A stretch of 39,643 nucleotides of DNA, taken from assembly GCA_023133225.1 (NCBI GenBank), contig JAGLWV010000274.1, forward strand, positions 1-39,643, written 5' to 3'. Below, piece after piece: positions 1 through 8,153 of the stretch; the first letter of the stretch is position 1, and each line of letters begins with the position of its first letter. The notes under the pieces were generated by a model. The model saw only the letters and a program-made list of their open reading frames with translations, searched no databases and was not told the DNA's origin. This DNA comes from Candidatus Aminicenantes bacterium (GTDB taxonomy: Bacteria; Acidobacteriota; Aminicenantia; Aminicenantales; Aminicenantaceae). The position numbers and the translations under genes were made by a program.

Positions 1-10
1 AATGGACTGC

Positions 11-1474
11 TTATCTTTTTTGGGTCTTAACCTGTTGTTTTTTTATTTCGCTCTCGAAGGGTCCTACCTTGTACTCACTAATAATGTAATATTTCGTGTT
101 TTTTTCGCGGCCAGACCACGTGGCCGCACAGCTGAATCCTCAGCCGTACTCGAAGGAGCCCCTGGCAACCACTTCACCGCCGGCTTTGGTGATCTTGTAG
201 GTCGGCTCTTTGGGGCGATGACCTAAGTCCTTCTTCTCTGATAATGGAATACGGGTTTGCGTGCCGGAGATATGGCTCAAATCGGTCAGATATTCCTTTC
301 CCTGGCCTTCGACATTAAAGTATAAAAGAACTCTCGAAGACCTTCCTCCAAGTTCCATTACCTCAATAGCTGGCAAATAGGGCTCGCCAAATTTGAGAAC
401 TGATTTTCCTCTTCCGCCCACAGTAATAAGCGGGCTTTCGGTTGTAGCCCCGGCACTTAAGCACCACATATCACCCTGTTCATCTTTCCGCAAGACTGTA
501 TATTTGAGTAAATGGTATTTTCCTTTGGGGATCTTGATCTCCTTGTCCGGCCGGTACATATTCAGACAATGCTTTCCGTCCTCTGTGAAGAGAAATATCC
601 GGTCCACCTTCATAGGCAGGTTCAAGGCGATCAAATTTTCAGTAACGGGTGTCAATGTCAATTTGCCTTCAGTAGTACTGATTTTGACTTCGAACAGTCT
701 ATCATTCACCAGCAGCAGGTCACTGCAGAACTGCTCATCGAAAGAATCGATCTTCTTGCCGCTGGTTATAAAGATATTATCGCCAGTGGCAAAGATTCGC
801 CGGCGCCTGGTAATCTGATCATCCCTCCGGAAAGTAACCCTGTCATTAAAACGGCCGCTGCAATTTCTGTCGCCAAGAACTATACGATAGCTCTGACCAT
901 TAACTTTAAACTCACCTGAGTAAGAACAATTGACTCTGAGGTAGAATCTCACGTACCGGTCGATATTCTGCTCAATGTTTCTTTTTTTACTGAGTTGATT
1001 CAACCTGGACGTATAGACATCCGGACGGAAACTGTAGGGCAGCGACTTGCCGTCAACTTCGATCGTGCTGTCTACGGAAGGAAAATCCACCCTGCAATAT
1101 TGATTCCTGTCAGTAGGCTGAAAGGTTCCATCAATGACAGGATCATCTGTTAGATCACGGTTGCCGTTGGCATCAAAATAGAGCCGGTTGTAAAAGATAT
1201 CGTTTTTTTTCTGGCGGTCCAGGACACAAAGCCTCTTCTTATCACCGATCTTAACAAATGCGTAAACTGGATACTCACTGATCAGCCTGAGCGTTTTCCA
1301 TTGGCCTGACGGAGGCTTTGTCGTTTTATCCAACCCTATAGAGCCATAAGGGTGAAAGGATTTTGATCCATCTGGATACTTAGCGTATTTCAAAGGAACT
1401 TGCACCGCAAATGCAGATACCGTAAAACAAAGTAATAAAAAAGGGACTATTGTTTTAGCGGTAAATTTACTCAT
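11..1474 (-). CDS. Exported protein of unknown function, probable selenoprotein (444 aa if TGA 140-142 is a stop; 487 aa with Sec readthrough to TAA 11-13)
   Basis: Signal peptide MSKFTAKTIVPFLLLCFTVSAFA and two D-x-N-x-[NS]-G/R Ca-binding-like motifs (FDANGNRDLTDD, GDRNCSGRFND). After ...GSFEYG-TGA the frame stays open for 42 codons (GFSCAATWSGREK...KTQKR), and a SECIS-like hairpin starts 12 nt after the TGA. Confidence 0.75.
107..142 (-). promoter_or_regulatory. UGA codon plus bacterial SECIS-like hairpin
   Basis: Minus strand reads TGA-GGATTCAGCTGT-GCGGCCA-CGTGGTC-TGGCCGC: a 7-bp GC-rich stem 12 nt after the UGA, with GGUCU at the apex as in the E. coli fdhF SECIS. Confidence 0.7.
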
Positions 1475-1556
1475 TTTTCACTCTCCCTTTCTTTCGCCTC
1501 TATTAAAAATATTGGCACATAGCTTTATTAAAAACAAGGGAAATATGTTGTGATAT

Positions 1557-1653
1557 AAAGGGGGTCAAATCTTTAATCTTGGCAAGATAAGCGAATCATC
1601 AGGTAGAGTTAAACATTAAACGGTTTATCAAGGTTAAAGATTTGACCCCCTTT
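1557..1653. repeat. REPIN/MITE-like inverted repeat, family A copy 1
   Basis: 25-bp arms AAAGGGGGTCAAATCTTTAATCTTG / CAAGGTTAAAGATTTGACCCCCTTT (1 mismatch) around a 47-bp spacer. Second copy at 34152-34244. Confidence 0.85.
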
Positions 1654-2440
1654 TTCTTTTTAATTTCTGAACTCTTTTTACTATTTTCTTCTTTATCTTT
1701 TCATAAGAGGGAGGAGGTCCTGTTCGGACCTGCTTTCCATTTATAAACAGAGCATCTGAAATTCCCCATTCTAAAAAAGTCTCTCTGTCGAACGTATCCA
1801 TTTCCTGGAAAACTACTGTATCTCCAATTTCAGAGGCAGCCCTTTTTGCTCTCTCGAATACCAAATTCATAGCCGGACACCATCCATTCAGAAAGGCTGT
1901 TGCAGTGACTTTACCCGGTATTGTTTCTGGTTTTTTCTTCTCTTTGATCCATCCTGGCGGTACCGCGTTTTCATCAAATTGCTTCCACAGGAGAACTTGC
2001 ATCCCCTGTTTATCGACTTTTTTATATCCTCTCTTCCTAAACCATGATGCTTTCATCCAGAAAGGTAAAGCCACTCCCCATGCCACCATACCTTTTGCAC
2101 CTTTTGTTTTTGCATCTTCTTCGGCAGCCTTAAGCAAAGCTTTCCCCATTCCTTTCTTCTGAAAATTTCCTCTCCCTTTTTTATGACCGTGAACCCATAT
2201 ACAGTTAATGAAATAAAGATCTTTTCCTTCCGCAGGAGAAAATTCGATAGGAATATATTGTATCATTCCCCCAATCTGACCACTGTCGTCCAGGGCAAAT
2301 TTGACTCCTAAACCTTTATCTTTCATTTTATCGAACCACAACTCTTTGTGGTTCCCTGCTTCCTTAATCTCCTCTGACCAATCCTCAAGGCACACAAAAT
2401 ACAGATTTTTGTTTTCATCCGTTAAATCGATGATTTGCAT
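1634..2440 (-). CDS. GNAT-family N-acetyltransferase (YoaP-like) with C-terminal thioredoxin-like segment
   Basis: Acetyl-CoA motif QKKGMGKALL, INCIWV strand, C-terminal GWCP...ALFING...GPPP. RBS AAGGAGG upstream. Confidence 0.85.
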   Translation of the reverse strand: MQIIDLTDENKNLYFVCLEDWSEEIKEAGNHKELWFDKMKDKGLGVKFALDDSGQIGGMIQYIPIEFSPAEGKDLYFINCIWVHGHKKGRGNFQKKGMGKALLKAAEEDAKTKGAKGMVAWGVALPFWMKASWFRKRGYKKVDKQGMQVLLWKQFDENAVPPGWIKEKKKPETIPGKVTATAFLNGWCPAMNLVFERAKRAASEIGDTVVFQEMDTFDRETFLEWGISDALFINGKQVRTGPPPSYEKIKKKIVKRVQKLKRKRGSNL

Positions 2441-2441
2441 A

Positions 2442-2546
2442 TTAAACCTCCTTAAAAATAACAGGTCTTGAAGCCATGAACACAGTATCCAGGTCCATCT
2501 TCGTAAGAATTTTGTTTGGGATTTTATCCAATGTAAGCCTTTCCAT
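2442..2546 (-). pseudogene. 34-aa ORF with its own RBS; possible N-terminal remnant of an O-methyltransferase
   Basis: GAGAGGAAAATTCAA-ATG, reading MERLTLDKIPNKILTKMDLDTVFMASRPVIFKEV*. The FMASR segment resembles the start of an O-methyltransferase dimerisation helix. Confidence 0.3.
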
Positions 2547-2777
2547 TTGAATTTTCCTCTCTATCTCGGGCCCAGGTTTCTATATGTTTTACCTCAAACC
2601 ATTAACATTTCTTAAAAAAATCCGAATCTTTTCATAATTTTATAGGTAAAAAAGGTGACAGGCAACTTATTTCATCCTTAAAACGGAAATTTGAAAGAAT
2701 TGTCGATGTATGATAATCATATTTAAGGAAATCTAGGTAAATAATGTAAATTAAGAACAAAGAGAAAGGATCAAGAT

Positions 2778-4265
2778 ATGAAAGATTCATTCAGACGACG
2801 GGATTTTCTCAAGACACTTGGGGTGGGCGCTGCGGCGTTTTCATTCTCATCATTCAGCCAGTTCTGTAAAACTCCATCCGCACGGAAAGGGCTGCCGAAC
2901 ATCGTGGTCATTTTCACCGACGACCAGGGTTATGCCGATGTTGGCTGTTATGGAGCAAGGGGATTTGAAACGCCGAATATCGACCGGATGGCAGCAGAGG
3001 GGATTCGCTTCACCAGTTTCTATGTTTCCCAGGCGGTATGCAGCGCATCGAGGGTGTCGCTTTTGACAGGATGTTATCCAAACCGTGTCAGTATATTAGG
3101 TGCGCTTGGTCCTCATGCAAAAGTTGGACTGAGCCCGGAGGAAGAAACCATCGCTGATGTCCTCAAGAAAAAGGGATACGCATGCGGTATCTTTGGGAAA
3201 TGGCATCTGGGCCACCACAGGGAATTCCTGCCCCTCCAGCATGGTTTCGACGAATACCTGGGTCTTCCCTACTCAAACGACATGTGGCCCATAGGCTATG
3301 ACGGCACGCCTGCGCCGGAAGACCACAATAAAGCCAGACATCCGTTTTTGCCCCTCATTGACGGGAATGATACGGTTGCCGTGCTGCGCACGATGAAGGA
3401 GCAGGACACTCTGACCACGCGCTATACCAGGCGTGCTGTTCAGTTTATAGAGAGGAACAAAGACAGGCCATTTTTCCTTTATGTTCCTCATACTATGGTC
3501 CATGTTCCGCTGGGAGTCTCCGATAAATTCCGCGGCAAGAGCGAGCAGGGCATGTACGGGGATGTGATGATGGAAATTGACTGGTCTGTGGGGGAAATAC
3601 TCAAGACTCTGAAAAAGAACGGCCTTGAAAACAACACACTCATTGTATATACGAGCGACAACGGCCCCTGGCTGAACTTCGGCAATCATGCAGGCTCTGC
3701 ATTGCCCTTTCGCGAGGGAAAAGGGACCTCCTGGGAGGGAGGTGTGCGTGTACCCTGTATCATGCGCTGGCCAGGGCATATTCCCGAAGGCTCGGTCTGT
3801 GACAGAATGGCTGCAACCCTGGATTTGCTGCCGACCTTTGCCGCTATTTCCGGAGCACCATTACCCAAGCATAAGATCGACGGAGTTAACATTCTGAGTC
3901 TATTAGAAGGAGATCCAGAGGCCAACCCGCGCGACCATCTGTTTTACTACTACGGTAAGCAACTTCAGTGCGTCAGGCAGGGAAAATGGAAACTTCACTT
4001 TCCTCACGGCTACCGCTCTTATCATGGCGTAGAGCCAGGAATGGATGGCCTTAACGGCCCTTATGCAAGAGGGAAAACCGGCCTGGAACTCTACGACCTG
4101 GAAAACGACATCGGTGAAAAAATTAACGTCGCCGATAAATTCCCGGAAGTTGTCAAAAAGCTTCAGGCCTTAGGAGAAAAAGCTCGCGAAGAATTGGGCG
4201 ATAGAAAACGAAAAGGAAAAGGCGTCCGTCCTTGCGGGCGTGTAAACGAACAAGCTAAACAATAA
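2778..4265 (+). CDS. Tat-exported Cys-type sulfatase (arylsulfatase A-like)
   Basis: RRRDFLK twin-arginine signal, [22 protein letters not shown] signature, [23 protein letters not shown]. Confidence 0.93.
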   Translation: MKDSFRRRDFLKTLGVGAAAFSFSSFSQFCKTPSARKGLPNIVVIFTDDQGYADVGCYGARGFETPNIDRMAAEGIRFTSFYVSQAVCSASRVSLLTGCYPNRVSILGALGPHAKVGLSPEEETIADVLKKKGYACGIFGKWHLGHHREFLPLQHGFDEYLGLPYSNDMWPIGYDGTPAPEDHNKARHPFLPLIDGNDTVAVLRTMKEQDTLTTRYTRRAVQFIERNKDRPFFLYVPHTMVHVPLGVSDKFRGKSEQGMYGDVMMEIDWSVGEILKTLKKNGLENNTLIVYTSDNGPWLNFGNHAGSALPFREGKGTSWEGGVRVPCIMRWPGHIPEGSVCDRMAATLDLLPTFAAISGAPLPKHKIDGVNILSLLEGDPEANPRDHLFYYYGKQLQCVRQGKWKLHFPHGYRSYHGVEPGMDGLNGPYARGKTGLELYDLENDIGEKINVADKFPEVVKKLQALGEKAREELGDRKRKGKGVRPCGRVNEQAKQ

Positions 4266-4286
4266 TTTCAAAGGAAAGGAGATCTT

Positions 4287-4838
4287 ATGAGGATCACAAT
4301 TCTAAACGGAAATCCGAATGCGGAAAACACCAGATTTGACAATTACCTGAAAAGCCTCTCTGATTTGCTGGAGTCAAGCAATCATACAGTGACCACCCTC
4401 AAATTAAGAGAGATGGACATAAAGTACTGTATAGGTTGTTTCAATTGCTGGGTTAAAACGCCCGGGGAATGCAGGGTGGCGGATGACTCGCGTGATGTAT
4501 GCCGTGAGTACATAAACTCCGATTTAGTGCTGTTTGTCTCACCTATCATCATGGGATTTACAAGTACATTACTCAAAAAAGCACATGAAAAACTTCTCCC
4601 TTTGCTTCTCCCCTATGTGGAGCTCGTTCAAAATGAAAGTCACCATGTTTCAAGGTATGAGAAATACCCCCGGATCGGACTTCTGCTAGAAAAGGAAAAG
4701 GATACAGATGATGAAGATCTTAAGATTATCACTGATATTTATAAACGGGATGCCATCAATTTCAAGACTTCATTTTGTTTCACAAAACTCATAACCGATT
4801 CCGCTGAGGAGGTTACAAATGAAATTAATAGTATTTAA
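4287..4838 (+). CDS. Flavodoxin family / iron-sulfur flavoprotein (NADPH-dependent FMN reductase fold)
   Basis: MRITILNGNP start, CIGCFNCW...GEC cysteine cluster, LVLFVSPI. Confidence 0.85.
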   Translation: MRITILNGNPNAENTRFDNYLKSLSDLLESSNHTVTTLKLREMDIKYCIGCFNCWVKTPGECRVADDSRDVCREYINSDLVLFVSPIIMGFTSTLLKKAHEKLLPLLLPYVELVQNESHHVSRYEKYPRIGLLLEKEKDTDDEDLKIITDIYKRDAINFKTSFCFTKLITDSAEEVTNEINSI

Positions 4839-5496
4839 TGGTTCTCCGCGAGGGAAAGAGAGCACTACGACAATTCTTCTGAAACACTTTTCAGATGGCT
4901 TCATGGCAACTGAAGAAAATACTCATGAATTAGCGTATTTGAATCATGTAAAGGATAGTGAAAAGTTCATAAAGCTCTTCCGGGAGGCAGAACAGGTTTT
5001 ATTAGCCTTTCCCCTTTATGACGATGTTATGCCGGCAATAGTGAAAACATTCATCGAGTCCCTTGAGCCGTTTTGCGGCCGGGCTGATAATCCCAGCATC
5101 GGATTCCTGGTTCAGTCTGGCTTTGCAGAAGCAAATCATTCCCGGTACGTGGAACGGTATCTGGAAAAACTCGCCCGGCGTCTCAGTTGTCAATACCTGG
5201 GGACAGTCATTAAGGGCAATGCTAATCGTATAGAGGAACAACCTGGCTGGATGACAAAAAAAATCTTCAAATCCTTCCACGAACTCGGCAGGACCTTTGG
5301 AAAAACCGGAGAATTCGATAAGCAGATCTTGCTCAAGCTGGCCAAACCTGAAAAACTCTCTGCATTTCAGTTGTGGATCTTTCGATTGATACTCAAGACA
5401 CCGCTTGCCAATCTAAACTGGAATAAATTGCTTAAGGAAAACAAAACGTTTGAAAAAAGATTCAACAAACCGTATGTGGATGAGATCATATCTTAA
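4819..5496 (+). CDS. Flavodoxin-fold NAD(P)H-dependent oxidoreductase
   Basis: MKLIVFNGSPRGKES FMN-binding loop, LAFPLYDD, QSGFAE. Overlaps the upstream gene and has a GAGGAGG RBS. Confidence 0.82.
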   Translation: MKLIVFNGSPRGKESTTTILLKHFSDGFMATEENTHELAYLNHVKDSEKFIKLFREAEQVLLAFPLYDDVMPAIVKTFIESLEPFCGRADNPSIGFLVQSGFAEANHSRYVERYLEKLARRLSCQYLGTVIKGNANRIEEQPGWMTKKIFKSFHELGRTFGKTGEFDKQILLKLAKPEKLSAFQLWIFRLILKTPLANLNWNKLLKENKTFEKRFNKPYVDEIIS

Positions 5497-5564
5497 CCTG
5501 AATTATTCATAAAATATGCCGACCCCTCGCATGTGTAGCAACCTCGACTCGTGAATAATCCAGG
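5497..5564. repeat. MITE-like palindromic mini-element, family B copy 1
   Basis: Ends CCTGAATTATTCAT / GTGAATAATCCAGG. The reverse complement matches 38103-38159. Confidence 0.75.
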
Positions 5565-5660
5565 CAAAATATATTTTTTTGCTCCGGACAATTTTGACCC
5601 TAGACTCATCACGTTTTTGAGTACCTGGTCGCATGATAGGTGATAGGTACTCTTTTTACA

Positions 5661-5891
5661 ATTCCTGCGAAGCATGTGCCTGCGCAGGCGGGTGAAAGGA
5701 TCCAATCCTCTCTCTCCGCCATTCCCGCGGAAGCGGGAATCCAGAGATATCTAAATGTGATTTCATATGTATCTATCTATACTGGATTCCCGCTTTCGCG
5801 GGAATGACATTTTTCTTATTTCTGGATTCCCGCCTACGCAGGAACAAGCCTAGATTCCCGCGAAGCCTGTGCCCGCGCAGGCGGGAATGAC
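5661..5891. repeat. Cluster of ATTCCC-N8-GGGAAT REP-like palindromes
   Basis: Perfect units at 5721-5740 and 5786-5805 in inverted arrangement, a degenerate unit near 5826, and a 32-bp direct repeat (5661-5692 vs 5854-5885, 3 mismatches). Confidence 0.85.
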
Positions 5892-5949
5892 AAATCGCTC
5901 CTATGATGAAGGAAATTACATTAGATTGAAAAAATTAATAGAAATTGCT

Positions 5950-6003
5950 AGCTCTGTTGTCAGCATAAAACTGTACGCGGCCAAGCCATAGGAAGCCATC
6001 GAG
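5950..6003. repeat. Dispersed ~55-bp repeat, family C copy 1 (possible IS-end remnant)
   Basis: AGCTCTGTTGTCAGCATA...CAAGCCATAGGAAG aligns with 32255-32310 (about 44 of 56 columns identical by hand). Confidence 0.65.
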
Positions 6004-6032
6004 CGATTTTGCTCTCTTGCTCCCGATCCTGC

Positions 6033-6503
6033 TCAATGTTTTCCGCCCTCCACCATCTTTTTGGCATGCGCCAGAATAGGAAGCATCAGATTTGTGCATA
6101 GGGTAACCGCTTTGACCGATCCGGGTAAATTGATGATCATGGTTTTCGCTTTCATGCCGCTGAAACCGCTAGATAAAACCGCAAAAGGAGTTTCCTTAAA
6201 GGATTCTCGGCGCAGGAATTCATCGATCCCGGGGAGAGATTTCTCGCAGATTTCCTGTGTGACTTCGGGTGTTATGTCTCTTGATGATATCCCGGTCCCT
6301 CCGGTCGTAAAGATAAAATCTTTGTCCAGATTATCCACGATCGCAGTATGAATGGCCTCCCGCTCGTCAGGAACCACCGTCAAGGTAACCTTGGCCGACA
6401 GATCACTCGCCAGGATGAGCTCTCTGATCTTCGGTCCGGACAAATCTTCGTATTCACCCCGGAAGGCCCTATCGGATACAGTGATCACCACTATTTCCAG
6501 CAT
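6033..6503 (-). CDS. mog: Molybdopterin adenylyltransferase MogA/MoaB family
   Basis: ITVSDRAFRGEYEDLSG, TTGGTGISSRDITPE, NLPGS. Start moved to ATG 6503, behind a GAGGAGG RBS. Confidence 0.9.
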   Translation of the reverse strand: MLEIVVITVSDRAFRGEYEDLSGPKIRELILASDLSAKVTLTVVPDEREAIHTAIVDNLDKDFIFTTGGTGISSRDITPEVTQEICEKSLPGIDEFLRRESFKETPFAVLSSGFSGMKAKTMIINLPGSVKAVTLCTNLMLPILAHAKKMVEGGKH

Positions 6504-6906
6504 GGATGACTCCTCCTCTTTTGACTCTGGCAAAAATGCCGAATTCCGGCATGATACAGTGTCCGGCTTGGTAAAAAATAGCACAGCGGGTATGACATTC
6601 TTTGCCTTTTTGTGTGATGACCAATTCGGCATCTCCGATGCGGATGTGGTCACCGATCCTGACGCTGGTCCCTTCGAGCCCACGTGTAACAATGTTTTCT
6701 CCGAAAGCTCCGTGCTCAAGATCCAACCCGGCTTCCCTCATAGTATCGATGGCCTCTCCGGCCAGAAGTGAAACCTGACGAAGGCCTTTGCCGGCATGGG
6801 CATCGTGCTCGATACCCAGATCTTCAAGCAAACGGACTGTTTTGACTGCGTGTTTTTGTATACCCTTTTTGGGGGATATACAGACAGCCTCAAGGGTGAA
6901 CGTCAT
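6469..6906 (-). CDS. MOSC domain protein
   Basis: AVCISPKKG, DAHAG, RQVSLLA, GAFGENI, GKECHTRCAI...CIMP..GIFARV. Confidence 0.92.
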   Translation of the reverse strand: MTFTLEAVCISPKKGIQKHAVKTVRLLEDLGIEHDAHAGKGLRQVSLLAGEAIDTMREAGLDLEHGAFGENIVTRGLEGTSVRIGDHIRIGDAELVITQKGKECHTRCAIFYQAGHCIMPEFGIFARVKRGGVIHAGNSGDHCIR

Positions 6907-7345
6907 GTTTGATCTTCTCCGTCAATGAAATCTCTCCAATCTGCATCGTCTTATCCACGGCTTTACACATGTCATAGATAGTAAGGGCTGCGATTGCTAC
7001 GGCCGTGAGAGCTTCCATTTCCACGCCAGTCCTTCCCTGACAGACCACACGGCTGCTGATCTCGATCCCGTCGGATCGAACCGACATCTGAACATCGACA
7101 TAGTCGATCCCAAGAGTATGACACAGAGGGATGAGCTCGGTTGTCTTTTTGGCCCCCTGGATTCCTGCTACGCGTGCAACAGCTAAAACATCTCCTTTCT
7201 GGAGTTGATTTTTTTTGACCAGATCGATGGTCGCGGACTGAAGAAATACCTTACCTGCCGCTACAGCTTCCCTACGGACAATGCTTTTGCTGCTGACATC
7301 CACCATTCGGGCGTCCCCTGTTGAGGTGACATGTGTGAGTTTCAT
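6890..7345 (-). CDS. moaC: Cyclic pyranopterin monophosphate synthase MoaC
   Basis: LTH...ARMVDVSSK, KGDVL, LIPLCH, TGVEMEAL, TIYDMCKAVD. Confidence 0.97.
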   Translation of the reverse strand: MKLTHVTSTGDARMVDVSSKSIVRREAVAAGKVFLQSATIDLVKKNQLQKGDVLAVARVAGIQGAKKTTELIPLCHTLGIDYVDVQMSVRSDGIEISSRVVCQGRTGVEMEALTAVAIAALTIYDMCKAVDKTMQIGEISLTEKIKHDVHP

Positions 7346-7346
7346 A

Positions 7347-8153
7347 TTACCCTCCGATCTCCCAGTTTCCCCTGACAGTACATCTCATCCCGTGTTCAGG
7401 TTTATTGATAATGGCTTCTTGCAGGCTGGACGTGATATCCTTCAGGTCGACGGGATATTCCCGATCCGAAAAAAGGCACGGCTTCAGTTTTCCATCTGCA
7501 GTCAGCCGAATGCGGTTGCACTGTTCGCAGGGAAGAGGCCTTTCCGCTTCATAGTTCTGCTGTGTAGTAAGAAGTTCATTCAGAAAATAATGATTGATCC
7601 TCTGGAACAGGAGCCCTTTTTCCCGGCAGAATTCTTCCATTTTCTCTACACATCCCAGGTTGATATCAGGGATAAGCACCATATTCAGTTTAGTGTTTTT
7701 AAAGCCTGCTTTCAAGGTCGCTTCGATTCCTTCCAGAACCTTGTCCAAATCACTGCTTCCGGTCAAGGTGCGGTACTTTTCGGGATCCAGAGTATCCAGG
7801 GAGATGTTTATCCTATCCAGTCCCGCCTGCCTGAGGTCCACGGCCATTTTCGAAAGAAGAACGCCGTTAGTAGTAAGTGCGACTTCCTTTACACCCTTAA
7901 TATTTTTGAGATAGAGTATCAAATGGTCGATATTTTTCCGCACCAATGGTTCACCGCCGGTCAGGCGGATCTTTGATATCCCTAACCTCGCAGCTTCCTC
8001 CACAATCCGGACGATCTCTTCATAGGAAAGAATCCCATCGCGGGGATGCAGAGGTACTCCCCTGGGTGGCATACAATATATACACCTCAGATTGCAGCGG
8101 TCTGTAACCGAAATCCGAAGATAGGAGATACGTCTATTGTATCGATCGAACAT
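7347..8153 (-). CDS. moaA: GTP 3',8-cyclase MoaA (radical SAM), compact 268-aa form
   Basis: YLRISVTDRCNLRCIYC, RLTGGEP, CEQCNRIRLTADGKLKPCL, C-terminal IGG. Confidence 0.93.
   Translation of the reverse strand: MFDRYNRRISYLRISVTDRCNLRCIYCMPPRGVPLHPRDGILSYEEIVRIVEEAARLGISKIRLTGGEPLVRKNIDHLILYLKNIKGVKEVALTTNGVLLSKMAVDLRQAGLDRINISLDTLDPEKYRTLTGSSDLDKVLEGIEATLKAGFKNTKLNMVLIPDINLGCVEKMEEFCREKGLLFQRINHYFLNELLTTQQNYEAERPLPCEQCNRIRLTADGKLKPCLFSDREYPVDLKDITSSLQEAIINKPEHGMRCTVRGNWEIGG

Noticed and set aside
1512-1528. Sigma54 promoter TTGGCACATAGCTTTAT
   Set aside because: No GC at the -12 position and no plus-strand gene directly downstream.
5661-5891. CRISPR array
   Set aside because: Units differ in orientation and spacing, there are no regular unique spacers, and no cas genes are present.
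6469-6503. Frameshifted MOSC-MogA fusion
   Set aside because: mogA has its own well-spaced GAGGAGG RBS and ATG inside the 35-bp overlap; translational coupling explains the layout.
6504-6719. N-terminal extension of the 228-aa mogA ORF in the track
   Set aside because: It lies inside the MOSC gene in another frame and has no MogA-like sequence.
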